This document shows positions 17,494-26,672 of a DNA stretch of 39,239 nt, one piece after another. The first letter of the stretch is position 1. Every line of letters starts with the position of its first letter. Origin of the DNA: a virus; IMG/VR virus record IMGVR_UViG_3300002925_000022, positions 90,081 to 129,319 of that record, one strand, 5' to 3'. A model generated the notes under the pieces. That model was given only the letters and a program-made list of their open reading frames with translations. It was not told the origin of the DNA and searched no databases. The position numbers and the translations under genes are program-made.

Positions 17494-18465
17494 TTACCAA
17501 AGCACTCGTATCTTTCTTGCTGGTCCGAATGTCATTTCCAGAAGCTTCAGGCGTTCATCAAGTTCAGCTGGCATTGTACCTTTTGATATAGACCTTCCAA
17601 GGTCAAAAAGCACCAGGGTTCCATCGGCCCTTCGGCCGTAGTTGCCACCATGAAAATCGTAGTACTGAACGCCAAGAGCCTTCAGGCTTTTGAACAGGGA
17701 ACGCATCTTGTATTCCTTGGTAATCTTGTCAAAATCCTGAATAGTCTTCGTGGCACCTGTCCTAACAAACTGTTGAACTTGCGGGTCGTTCATTCCTTGG
17801 CCACCAACTGATGGATTGGCAGCAGGGAACTGCTGGTACGCTTGTTGCACAAGTCTTTGCATGCTTTGTTGAGCAAGCAATTGCATCGCCTTGTTCCAAT
17901 CATCCCCTGCTTGATGTAGCAGCATCGGAAACCTGGTGTTGATGACAGCTTGGGTAAGTTGTTGTTCCTCCTCCTTGGAAAGAGGAGTCAACTTCTCAAT
18001 GATAAGACCATACCAATCAACCCCGGGAAATTTCCAAATATCATAAACTTGAACAATGTTGGGGATTGTCTTCCCAGCAACAATCGAAGATGTTTTTGCC
18101 TCCCTTACATCCTTGGTAATTTTCAACACCTTGTCGCCCATGTCATAGGCGACTCCCATGGTGCCAACTCCAAGCTTCTTCAGGGAGTTAACATTGATTC
18201 CTCTTTTGCTTAGCTTATCGGCAAAAGCCCGCAAAAGCTTCTGAGAGTCAGCCTCAAGCTGTCCTGTCTCCCAGTTATGAGATAAAGGGGTCTGAAGATA
18301 GCTTTCATGCCCTTGTGGAAGAGGAGTCTTTGTTCCACTGCCTCTCCCCTGAACTGCTTGCGGAGGAGGCGGCGGTGTTGCTTCGCCTAGCCTCTGATAG
18401 ACTTCCTTAAACACTTCTGTGGCGATGAACTTGATGTAGGCCTTCGGAATAAGCTGTCTGGTCAT
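17494..18465 (-). CDS. protein kinase-like enzyme
   Basis: LGVGTMGVAY (Gly loop), VLKIT (Lys), REA (alphaC Glu), DFHGGN (catalytic loop), FDLG (DFG); Gln-rich insert; TATTTA 8 nt before the ATG. Confidence 0.85.
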   Translation of the reverse strand: MTRQLIPKAYIKFIATEVFKEVYQRLGEATPPPPPQAVQGRGSGTKTPLPQGHESYLQTPLSHNWETGQLEADSQKLLRAFADKLSKRGINVNSLKKLGVGTMGVAYDMGDKVLKITKDVREAKTSSIVAGKTIPNIVQVYDIWKFPGVDWYGLIIEKLTPLSKEEEQQLTQAVINTRFPMLLHQAGDDWNKAMQLLAQQSMQRLVQQAYQQFPAANPSVGGQGMNDPQVQQFVRTGATKTIQDFDKITKEYKMRSLFKSLKALGVQYYDFHGGNYGRRADGTLVLFDLGRSISKGTMPAELDERLKLLEMTFGPARKIRVLW

Positions 18466-18482
18466 AACAGACCTAAATAGGT

Positions 18483-18758
18483 CTATAACAACAGACAGTA
18501 TCCGGGTTTCAAGGTCTTCTTCAAGAGAAGACCTGCTTCATGAACTTCTCTGTCCACTGCCTCTTTTACCCCTGGAGGTAATGACGGTGGGGTATCATCC
18601 AGTGACCCGGCGTAAATAAGTTCATTTTCATCGAAAGCATTCAGCAGAAAGCCGAGATAGAACCCGTTATACCCATCAGGCTTGATGGGGAACCCTTTCT
18701 CACGAAGTTCTTCCGCTTCTGCTGGTTCTAAAAGATAACCGTAAATCTCAATGCCCAT
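18483..18758 (-). CDS. hypothetical protein
   Basis: 91-aa ORF with TTGACT-N16-TACAAT promoter (18792-18765). Confidence 0.6.
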   Translation of the reverse strand: MGIEIYGYLLEPAEAEELREKGFPIKPDGYNGFYLGFLLNAFDENELIYAGSLDDTPPSLPPGVKEAVDREVHEAGLLLKKTLKPGYCLLL

Positions 18759-18810
18759 ACCTTGATTGTAGCAAGTTAAGCGGAAGAGTCAATCCCCCTT
18801 ATTTACCTGT

Positions 18811-19422
18811 ATGAAAACTTCACGTTCTCTCCTTGAGTTCATTAACTTTCTGGTCGAAGACGAGTTCTCCAAACTCGGTGTCAAAAACCAAACCGTTACC
18901 GTTGATGGAAACAGTAAAATTGGGCAGGATGTCGCTGGTGACGTCTTTGACATGATCCAGAAAAGTTATGCGAAAATTGGAGGCCACGCCAAGATCAAAA
19001 CTCCAGCGGATATCGCAAGGGAATACCCTGTTTGGCAACTGGCTGATGTTGATGATGACCCTGAACCAGATGTTGCTCGATTGAACAGTAAAAGTGCTAC
19101 CACGGGAGGTCTCAAAGGTGGTGCCACTGCTACCGATGGTGGACCAAAAGCCAAAGCCTATCTGATGAAAATGTTCAAGGACTTCTACTCAACCCCAGGG
19201 AACTGGAGCGAAGTTTCCGGTGCAATGGCAAACATCACCATCAAAAAGCTCGGCCTCAAACCAATCGAGAACGAAAAGAAAGTCCGAGAATTGCTCGGTG
19301 ACAAAGAGATCACTTGGCATGGCGCTCATAACCCCGAGGGAGACAACTTGGGCGTCGCTGGTTGGTACACCCGCAATATCGGTGGTGTCGATCATACCAA
19401 GATCATCGTCGGAAACGTCTAG
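18811..19422 (+). CDS. conserved large-phage protein, probable head-internal protein
   Basis: TATTTA 5 nt before the ATG; LLEFINFLVE leader; SYAKIGG...TDGG...WSEVSG...YTRNIGG...KIIVG motifs. Confidence 0.7.
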   Translation: MKTSRSLLEFINFLVEDEFSKLGVKNQTVTVDGNSKIGQDVAGDVFDMIQKSYAKIGGHAKIKTPADIAREYPVWQLADVDDDPEPDVARLNSKSATTGGLKGGATATDGGPKAKAYLMKMFKDFYSTPGNWSEVSGAMANITIKKLGLKPIENEKKVRELLGDKEITWHGAHNPEGDNLGVAGWYTRNIGGVDHTKIIVGNV

Positions 19423-20384
19423 CCCTTCAAAAGCCCCCGCCGTCGTAGCAATTCACGAGATTGCTGTTGAAGTATTTCTTGCGGGTTTGCCGGACGGGAA
19501 GATGTCATTGTCCTCTGCAAAGGCGGCTGTGAAGACATATTCAACCCAGAACGTTGCTGTTGCCTCATTTTTTCCAACCGATGCCCTTGTCCTGAATCAA
19601 TCAACAACTGTCTCCCACCACCCACGCCTCCACCCATCTCCTGGATTGCCTCTTGCGGGACCAAGAAGGTACCAAGAAGGGGAGAAGAGACTCGGTATAG
19701 GGTACGGTACCTTCCAGGTTCCATCTTCGATAGATCGACCGTTTGGAGGCCATCAACGATATACACTGTGACTTGACCCTCTACCTGGAACTGACGACCT
19801 TGAACCCCTCTGATCACTCCTCCGGTTTTGGCCATTGGTTGTGTGGTTCCAAAGCCCTCAATCTTCAATGGTTGGAAGAAGGTGTGACCTTCCTGGAGAG
19901 TGCATACGGTTGGAGCTTGTTGATGCTGTTGTCCGGTTGCCATCATGGGCCCAGGCATTGCCCCCTGGTTTGGAATTGGTGGAACAGCAGCTTGAGAAAC
20001 CATCCGCTGTTGGAGAAACCTTCCGACATCCACTTCCACTGTTGTAGATCCTGGAGTCCTCCCATTCCACGGATCTGGAATGGCTATATTCCCGCCTTGA
20101 GCGGCCAGCTTGGCTTGAGCTAGGATGTAAGCTTTATCCCATTCTTGAGCCCCGCCCTCCATAATCGGAATTCCCCCGACTCTACTTTCCCTGAGAACTA
20201 CCTTTTGACTCTTTGGAATCGCGTAAGCTGACATGCTGTTGGCTTGCAAATTCTGCCCGTGGGTTCGAGCTTCAAAGTGCCTGTCAAGCAAAACAGCATC
20301 CCTCTGGGTTAGCTGGTTTCGCTGCCAGTAATCCTTCTGTTCATCAATCACCGGTCCAAAGAGAACTTCTTTTGTGTTTGCCAT
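19419..20384 (-). CDS. hypothetical Q/G/P-rich protein
   Basis: 321-aa ORF; TACTTA 7 nt before the ATG. Confidence 0.7.
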   Translation of the reverse strand: MANTKEVLFGPVIDEQKDYWQRNQLTQRDAVLLDRHFEARTHGQNLQANSMSAYAIPKSQKVVLRESRVGGIPIMEGGAQEWDKAYILAQAKLAAQGGNIAIPDPWNGRTPGSTTVEVDVGRFLQQRMVSQAAVPPIPNQGAMPGPMMATGQQHQQAPTVCTLQEGHTFFQPLKIEGFGTTQPMAKTGGVIRGVQGRQFQVEGQVTVYIVDGLQTVDLSKMEPGRYRTLYRVSSPLLGTFLVPQEAIQEMGGGVGGGRQLLIDSGQGHRLEKMRQQQRSGLNMSSQPPLQRTMTSSRPANPQEILQQQSRELLRRRGLLKG

Positions 20385-20399
20385 GCTACCCTAAGTATT

Positions 20400-20645
20400 C
20401 TCTTATCCGCCCCTCTTTTTCTTCTTCTTCTCCGCCGCCACCTCTTTCCCCTGTCAATTAGTCCTATCCAACACAGAAAGGAAACACTCTCTGTTTCTCT
20501 CCCTCTCTTTTACCCCCTTTTCTCTCCCTCTTCTTTCTTATACCTTATATTTTAAATTTTATATCTCTTATCTCTTATGTCTTTAACTCTTAAACTTAAC
20601 CTTAACTCTTAACCTTTTTTCTCTCTCTTCCCCCCCCCTTTCTTG
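20400..20645. other. non-coding polypyrimidine/AT-rich tract, candidate replication origin
   Basis: Very G-poor + strand, AT-rich core, TTAACTCTTAA/CTTAAC repeats, C10 run. Confidence 0.35.
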
Positions 20646-20715
20646 GTAGTGTTCCACCAGCCGGGATAAGTGCTCTGAAATACAAGCAAATTATCTTCCT
20701 ACCTTCCTCTTATTC

Positions 20716-21003
20716 TCAACCATCGTCGTTGCCGGTAGAGGAACAATCACACCCATGCCTCTTGCAAGACTTTCTTTTGCATTTCCTTCGTTTAGCTTCG
20801 GCCAGAATCAAAGGACGGTAGTCTAAAGGGTGGAAAGGGTGTTCCAGGGTGGAACAGGTTTCGCACATGCACTCAGGGCCATGCCAGTGGTTGAGATTGA
20901 CCACCACGAGGCCAGTTTTCCGGTATGAGTTCATTGGATCTTCTGGAGTTCCTTCATGATTTCCCCGTTCAACTTCTTCGTATTCCTCTTCGGTCCAACC
21001 CAT
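20716..21003 (-). CDS. hypothetical Cys/His-rich protein
   Basis: HxxxCxCxxC and CxxxxCxxHxCxC clusters. Confidence 0.45.
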   Translation of the reverse strand: MGWTEEEYEEVERGNHEGTPEDPMNSYRKTGLVVVNLNHWHGPECMCETCSTLEHPFHPLDYRPLILAEAKRRKCKRKSCKRHGCDCSSTGNDDG

Positions 21004-21259
21004 GAACCCAATGTCTTCCTAGAACCATCTTCCGATGCCTCCTGAAGGCACGTAAAAGGGCCATGGAGACGTCTTCAAGGGTGGGAACGAGGGAGAACCC
21101 TATCTTTGAACTTCATGCCCTCTAGACGCCTTCAGAGGGCCTTTGCAGACAGGCTAGCCAACATGATCCCCCACCGTTGTTTGGCACTTTGGTTCGGCGG
21201 TACCGTACACCCAGTTTTGCAGAGAAACAGGTTGGAACCCTGTGAAGGGTTCCCTAATT

Positions 21260-21388
21260 TTAGATTTTGCCAGCCCATTGAAGGGCTCCAAGGATTTGGA
21301 TCAACACGAGTATAAAGAAGATGACCCCGGCCGTTCCAACGGTGACGTAGTAGATCAAGTTGATTAGAAATTTGATGAAGGAAATCAT
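21260..21388 (-). CDS. small membrane protein (42 aa, MISFIKFLINLIYY...AGKI)
   Basis: Manual translation; RBS AAAGGAG; promoter TTGACG-N16-TAGAAT (21442-21415). Confidence 0.55.
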   Translation of the reverse strand: MISFIKFLINLIYYVTVGTAGVIFFILVLIQILGALQWAGKI

Positions 21389-21496
21389 GATATCATTCTC
21401 CTTTCCTGAGGATCATTCTAACCATGGCACATTAAACGTCAAGAAGGGTTTTGATATTATCTCAACCCTTCTTCCCCCTCTTTGTTCTCTGAACGG

Positions 21497-21880
21497 TTAG
21501 TCGGCGTAATCCCGCTGCCGATCTTGCCAACCGCTCCAGGCAAGCTGAATGCAGCGGAGGTCATGAGCGGTGAGCTTGCAGACCGCCGTCAGTTCATCGT
21601 GGTACATGGTAACACCAGTCTTGCGGGTAGCCGTCTCGAAACCCTTCAGAATCTTCGAGAGAGTCTCAATCCCTGAGACAGGGCCTCGATTCTCAAACTG
21701 GTAGATGTTATCCGAATTGAGGTAATCAATTCGGACCCCTCGGAGTACCCTCCCAGTCTTGGGGCTGGTCACGGCCACCTCGGTCTGAAACAAATCTTCG
21801 GCAAGAGTCTTGTTCCTGTTAACGATCGCAGTGACGGTAACGTTGTAGTGCTTTGTGTTATCGTAGGCCTTGGCGGTCAT
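21497..21880 (-). CDS. hypothetical protein
   Basis: Strong RBS TAAGGAGG; TTGACG-N17-TAGCTT promoter upstream. Confidence 0.7.
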   Translation of the reverse strand: MTAKAYDNTKHYNVTVTAIVNRNKTLAEDLFQTEVAVTSPKTGRVLRGVRIDYLNSDNIYQFENRGPVSGIETLSKILKGFETATRKTGVTMYHDELTAVCKLTAHDLRCIQLAWSGWQDRQRDYAD

Positions 21881-21932
21881 ATTCTTTGTTCCTCCTTACG
21901 GGTAATGAAGCTAACTTCTGTTCTAAAAACCG

Positions 21933-22298
21933 TCAAGCAGTTTTTGTCTTTTGATGGTGGGAAAAAGTTAGAACCCACTCCCAGTCCTTTTTGGTGAGGG
22001 GAACAGAAGCATGGTAGGAACCAGAACGTTCTCCATTCAAGCGATCAAGGTCTTTACAGACCTTGATGACTTTCTGAATGATTTCGCCGAATTCGTTCCA
22101 GCCCGGTGGAATCTCTTCAATGTTTACTTGATAGGATACACAGGTGATAGGAAAGAAGAGAACCAACTGGTTCTCCTTTTCGTAATAAGCACAGGCGGTA
22201 TCTGGAAGTGAACGATTCGAGAAGGGTTCCAAGACACTCTTCTTGCGCCCTGATTTGCCCCTTTCACACACAGACGTACTCCTGGTGGAAGTTATCAT
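21933..22298 (-). CDS. hypothetical protein
   Basis: ORF in a minus-strand run; start uncertain. Confidence 0.5.
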   Translation of the reverse strand: MITSTRSTSVCERGKSGRKKSVLEPFSNRSLPDTACAYYEKENQLVLFFPITCVSYQVNIEEIPPGWNEFGEIIQKVIKVCKDLDRLNGERSGSYHASVPLTKKDWEWVLTFSHHQKTKTA

Positions 22299-22467
22299 GG
22301 GAATCCAGGCAATCGTCCATGTATTCGTTCATGTACTCGGCCATTTCATTGGCCGTGCCACCACGCTTCTCGGTCTTGTGGTGGAACTTGGTGCAGTGGA
22401 AGTTCCGCAGCGAGATAGCCGGGATCGAACGTCGCCGTGGCATTTCTTTGTTGATCTTGATCTTCAT
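22264..22467 (-). CDS. small hypothetical protein (basic N-half, acidic C-half)
   Basis: RBS AAGGGAG before MKIKINKEMPRRR. Confidence 0.55.
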   Translation of the reverse strand: MKIKINKEMPRRRSIPAISLRNFHCTKFHHKTEKRGGTANEMAEYMNEYMDDCLDSHDNFHQEYVCV

Positions 22468-22530
22468 GGCACTCCCTTGTGAACTGATAGATACGTCCCC
22501 CAAGGAAAGCTGTCAATCATTTTCAGATTA

Positions 22531-22806
22531 TCACGCCAACTCCTCCAGAAGGAACGCTTCAACCTCTTCCAATGACAACGGTTTGATCACCTGGAGGTTT
22601 TCATCTCTCCAGGAGAGAACCTGGTGCTTCGATTGTCCCTTGAAGCGAAGCAACAGTGAAGTCCCACCACCCTTTCCAACTTTGGGTTGGACCTGGACAA
22701 TTGTAGCCAGACCCCGAAAAGGACCGTACTGAATGAAGACAATTTAATGAGCACGAAGATCCCTAAAGACCTTACGATTAATCTCCACGTTGTTTGCTGG
22801 TTCCAT
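22531..22806 (-). pseudogene. KOW-like protein interrupted by an in-frame TAA
   Basis: RBS GAAAGGA; MEPANNVEINRKVFRDLRAH*IVFIQYGPFRGLATIVQV...LEELA*; stop at 22744-22746. Confidence 0.55.
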
Positions 22807-22879
22807 AGGCCGAATTCCTTTCGGAAACAAACATAAATCCCAGCAAGTGAAAAATCAAGACTGTTAAAACATAGAAGGT

Positions 22880-23161
22880 TTACCGGTCGTGCTTGGCAAT
22901 AAGTTTCTTGAGTTTGAAGCAGGCCAAGGAATAAACGTGGCGGTTAGCCGAACCAGGGTTGTAACAGTCTCTGAGAGCTTGCATCCCACGAAGCAAGGCC
23001 TTGAGAACCTTCACATGTTCTGGACTGCCAAACTCCAATTCCTTGCCGCTAAATTTGAACTTCACACCCTCCCGGATGTTCTCATTCAGAGTAGCAACCT
23101 CTTTTACGGCTTCCCGAATAACAGTCTCAAAGAAGTTGGCTGGGATGCCCTTCTTAGCCAT
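22880..23161 (-). CDS. hypothetical (putative head-internal) protein
   Basis: VIREAVKEVATLNENIRE leader; stop/start overlap with the upstream gene. Confidence 0.65.
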   Translation of the reverse strand: MAKKGIPANFFETVIREAVKEVATLNENIREGVKFKFSGKELEFGSPEHVKVLKALLRGMQALRDCYNPGSANRHVYSLACFKLKKLIAKHDR

Positions 23162-23661
23162 TAGAAGCCTCCTGGTGTTCCTGGAACCCCTGGAGCCCCT
23201 GGAACTGCTTGAACACCTATCGCTGGCGCGGTTGCAGCGGCAACAGGAGGTGTCCCTTGATTCATGGGCGGCTGGGCACCGCCTCCCATGCTTGTACCTT
23301 GAACGTTGTCAACCTGGACCACAATCCTATTGATCGACTGGAGAAAACGGTCAATGGCGGCTTTATCAGCATCGTTCAATCCTTTGAAATAGGTCGTGAG
23401 CTGTCCGTAGACTTCTGGATCCGCAAAAGACCTGCCACCTCGAATGATGTTCAGCCTTTCAATCATCTGGTCAACGTCAAATGGTTTTAGCTGACTTCCA
23501 TCTGTTGCTTGTGGTCCGGTTGGAGGCGTAGCATTGGTGGCTGGTGCTGGTGGTACAGGCGAAGGAGGCACAGCGGAACCCAGGCCTGCAGGATCCTGTT
23601 CCCTCAGGATCCTCACCGCTTCGCGCAACAGGAATTCAAGGTAGAATTTGCGATTTTTCAT
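23161..23661 (-). CDS. hypothetical (putative head-internal) protein, P/A-rich
   Basis: Start MKNRKFYLEFLLREAVRILREQD; conserved-looking core IERLNIIRGGRSF. Confidence 0.7.
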   Translation of the reverse strand: MKNRKFYLEFLLREAVRILREQDPAGLGSAVPPSPVPPAPATNATPPTGPQATDGSQLKPFDVDQMIERLNIIRGGRSFADPEVYGQLTTYFKGLNDADKAAIDRFLQSINRIVVQVDNVQGTSMGGGAQPPMNQGTPPVAAATAPAIGVQAVPGAPGVPGTPGGF

Positions 23662-23692
23662 GGTTCTTCTGTGTTTATTACGATTGCAGGCT

Positions 23693-23896
23693 TCAACGGT
23701 ACCTTTGCGGTCCAATCCAAAAACGGTCATAGGGAGACCGACCATAGCGAAGGTAATATTCTTTATTTGGGGTAACTTCTGCCTTCTTCAAAGCTTCTTG
23801 CAGCTTTTGCCTCTTTGCTTCCCACTTCACGATTTCATCCATGTACTTGAAGAAATCAAGTTCGGTATCAAGGAATTCTTTCTTGTGTTCGTTCAT
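23693..23896 (-). CDS. small hypothetical protein
   Basis: TATTTA 11 nt before the ATG; 67 aa. Confidence 0.6.
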   Translation of the reverse strand: MNEHKKEFLDTELDFFKYMDEIVKWEAKRQKLQEALKKAEVTPNKEYYLRYGRSPYDRFWIGPQRYR

Positions 23897-23917
23897 GGCG
23901 CTGAGGGTAAATAGCGA

Positions 23918-24403
23918 TCACGCCGTTTGTTCTGCTGATTTTACGAATTGAAGTGTGACCGTAGCGGTTGATCCCACAAAGTCAGAAACAGAAACAGACT
24001 TCAAGACCATCCTTTCTACCCCCTCCCAGGATTGTTCTTCACTTTCCCCTGTTTTTATCTTTGTTTCCAGCAAGGAGGAAGGTTCCTGGAGGAAAGCAAG
24101 GTGAGAGAGTTCAATAGCGATGGGCGTGAGGCAGGCAAAAGCGAACCAAAGCACTCCTTGGTCACTGTTGATTCGCTGAAGTAGCCCGGCTACTTCAAAG
24201 GGTTCGGGAGAAGAAGTTGGCTGTATCTTCAAAGATAGAATTGATGGTTGCGGAAGGGACTTGACGGGAGCCACGTCATTTGGAACTGCCTCCTCCACCA
24301 TTGAGTCCGGGTCGAATGTTTCGGCCCCTTTGCTAAGAAGCAAAGTTGCACCACGGGCGGACATCTCTCGAAGGATTGGGGTGTTATCTTGGTTCATCGG
24401 CAT
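23918..24403 (-). CDS. hypothetical protein
   Basis: ORF 23918-24430; likely start MPMNQDN. Confidence 0.55.
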   Translation of the reverse strand: MPMNQDNTPILREMSARGATLLLSKGAETFDPDSMVEEAVPNDVAPVKSLPQPSILSLKIQPTSSPEPFEVAGLLQRINSDQGVLWFAFACLTPIAIELSHLAFLQEPSSLLETKIKTGESEEQSWEGVERMVLKSVSVSDFVGSTATVTLQFVKSAEQTA

Positions 24404-24435
24404 GACTGTATTTCTCGTAGGATGCTTCAATATTC

Positions 24436-24681
24436 CTAACGAGTATTGCTACGTCTTTCCCCCCCCCCCAAATGACAATAGATAGAAACTTCTACAGTGT
24501 GAGAATGCCTGTCCTCGTAAATGCAGAGACACACTGTTTTCGGGTGCCTTATCTCCAACAATTCAAAGGTAAACCCTTCGGCATCTTCAGGAGATTTGAA
24601 CTGAAAGGACTTTTTCCAAGCACATCCGGTTAACTTTTGCCAGCCTTCAATCTCAAAAGGTTCTTGGTTGTCTTTGTCCAT
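24436..24681 (-). CDS. pterin-4a-carbinolamine dehydratase (PCD/DCoH)-like fold, frameshifted at a G11 run
   Basis: GW...KKSFQFKSPEDAEGF...HP...VEVSIYCHLGG resembles PCD; TACTTA upstream; with one fewer G the frame continues KDVAILVRNIEASY...* to 24384. Confidence 0.5.
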   Translation of the reverse strand: MDKDNQEPFEIEGWQKLTGCAWKKSFQFKSPEDAEGFTFELLEIRHPKTVCLCIYEDRHSHTVEVSIYCHLGGGERRSNTR

Positions 24682-24742
24682 CGGACAAAGTAAGTATCTG
24701 GGCAATTGTGAAGAATTATAATGCTTCCAAGACAGTTCCCGA

Positions 24743-25588
24743 TTACTCTGAATCACCTTCTGGATTGTCCTCATGGTGTTCCTGTTGTTTCCTAGGGCGG
24801 CCTGCCTTGGTCGGAAACAGTCTCCTCGATACAGCATTTTGGAATAGCAAGAAAAAGTTGTCGTCTTCCTCAATGTCAGTCAATAGAATCTTTTCAATCT
24901 CTAGCGGTTCCAGTTTCAAGCTCATTTCCTTTATGACGTTCAGTTCGTCTGAAGAAACCCGCCTAAGGTCAACCTTGGAGACTTGTCTTTCTGCCAACAG
25001 CATCTCCAAGAAGACTTCCATATCTCCCTTGGAAGCCTTCAATGCGGCAGCGAACCTTTCAGCCGCTTCTTCCCTCGCAATGTCAATTCGATCCATCAGA
25101 GCTTTCAGGTCATCATCTTCCATCTCTTCAGGAGATAGACCCCTTGTCAATTCTTTAACTTTCTGAACAGCCCCAATGAAGATCTTGTTGACCATGGTTG
25201 GGGTAATATCTCCGAAAAAGTCCGAGACTTCAGAAAGCTTGGACCCTCTAAAGGGTGTGGCCGTGGCAATGCCTTTGCAGGACTGTTTGACGTACCTGTT
25301 TACAGCTTCCAGTTCATTGTCCGCATCTTCCCGCCCAAGCTTTGCTTTCAATGAAGGAAGCGTCCTCCAGAGATCACAAAGCTGGTCAGGAGTAATAGGA
25401 CTATGCGGTGAATCCGCAAGATGCTGAAGGGCTTTCTCCGGCGTTAGACCAGGTTGAAACCATGATTTACCTTGGTGCCCTTCGCCAAAATAATGGACTA
25501 GAACCCAAGAACCCAACTCCTCTAGATCCCGATTGTTGAGCCCATACTTCTTGATAACTGCTTTCCAAGATGGTCCAGTGAGAGACAT
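24743..25588 (-). CDS. putative DNA-binding protein (sigma-region-4-like HTH, C-terminal AT-hook)
   Basis: SKLSEVSDFFGDITPTMVNKIFIGAVQKVK; KAGRPRK; RBS AGGAAGGA before MSLTG. Confidence 0.5.
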   Translation of the reverse strand: MSLTGPSWKAVIKKYGLNNRDLEELGSWVLVHYFGEGHQGKSWFQPGLTPEKALQHLADSPHSPITPDQLCDLWRTLPSLKAKLGREDADNELEAVNRYVKQSCKGIATATPFRGSKLSEVSDFFGDITPTMVNKIFIGAVQKVKELTRGLSPEEMEDDDLKALMDRIDIAREEAAERFAAALKASKGDMEVFLEMLLAERQVSKVDLRRVSSDELNVIKEMSLKLEPLEIEKILLTDIEEDDNFFLLFQNAVSRRLFPTKAGRPRKQQEHHEDNPEGDSE

Positions 25589-25631
25589 AAAAGTTCCTTC
25601 CTGGAAGGAGTTTATGCCTTCCAGTGTCTTA

Positions 25632-25949
25632 TTAAGATGCCGATGGAGGTTCCGAAGTCGAAACCCCTTCTGTTCCTGCAACAGTTGCCTGTGCAGATGC
25701 AACTGTAGCCGAATTGGGGTCATTGTCAAGGGTCGATTTTCCGTCAGTCCAACGACGTCCAAAATACAAAGCTAGAAGAGGAGTAAGGTAAGCCATTGCT
25801 TCAGAACTGGAAAATGGCCGAATCTCGACATGACCTAGCTTAGCCACAATAGAAATCAAAAGCCAAAGGGTTACAACGGAAAACCCTATGACCGCAAATG
25901 TCAGGCTCGCAGAAGGCTTGCCTGAAGTGTTTTTTATCCAAAGTGCCAT
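25632..25949 (-). CDS. holin-like membrane protein
   Basis: Two hydrophobic segments and the LYFGRRW motif; TACTTA upstream. Confidence 0.55.
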   Translation of the reverse strand: MALWIKNTSGKPSASLTFAVIGFSVVTLWLLISIVAKLGHVEIRPFSSSEAMAYLTPLLALYFGRRWTDGKSTLDNDPNSATVASAQATVAGTEGVSTSEPPSAS

Positions 25950-25996
25950 GGTGATACTTCCTTCACGGGTAAGTATCACTTCAACGTTATTTCCCC

Positions 25997-26614
25997 TTAT
26001 GGCCGTGGAGGCATAGAAATTGCAATCCCTCCTACAATCAGAGCACCTATGATCAAGCCACCACCAGCCCAGACCAGGCCCTCAAGGACGTGAGGACTGT
26101 TGGATTGACGCTGGTAACCTTCAAGCAGTCGATTAAGCCGAGCAATATCAGCATCTCGGCTGTTCAAGAACACTTGGTCGGTACGAAGCTGAGTGTTTAG
26201 GGCAAGCTGGAAAGAAGCGATGTCGGCATTGTACCTGGCTCGAAACAAAGACAAATCTCGTTCTCGGTCAAGGGTGCAACGTTGTTGCAGGGCCCTAAAT
26301 TCAACAGCCACCCTGGCAACAGCAGGTCCATTGAAAAGAACGCCATTGAAGGGAGCCTCAGATCCACGATTGAGAGGCACAATAGCCTCACCGTTAGATC
26401 CAGGGACAGAGGAGAGAGGCTGTACAGCATCCGAAGTGTCTTCGCCGACTGTAGAGGCGTCTGGAAGCCCCTGGAGGGTTACAGGTACAGGGGATAACGT
26501 TCCAGAGCCTGGATTTGTATTTGCAAAAGTGGATCGTTGAGGTGTGGAGGAACATGCCACATGAAAGCACATGACAAAAGACATGAACGAAGAAATGACA
26601 CGTTTTAGGAACAT
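25997..26614 (-). CDS. signal-peptide/possible lipoprotein with coiled coil and C-terminal TM (spanin-like)
   Basis: RBS AGGAG; MFLKRVISSFMSFVMCFHVAC-SS; P/S/T linker; C-terminal GLVWAGGGLIIGALIVGGIAI. Confidence 0.55.
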   Translation of the reverse strand: MFLKRVISSFMSFVMCFHVACSSTPQRSTFANTNPGSGTLSPVPVTLQGLPDASTVGEDTSDAVQPLSSVPGSNGEAIVPLNRGSEAPFNGVLFNGPAVARVAVEFRALQQRCTLDRERDLSLFRARYNADIASFQLALNTQLRTDQVFLNSRDADIARLNRLLEGYQRQSNSPHVLEGLVWAGGGLIIGALIVGGIAISMPPRP

Positions 26615-26672
26615 AACTGCGGAACTCCTGTCGGGGATGTCTGGTTTGGCGGCCAGAAGATGGTGGAAACCG

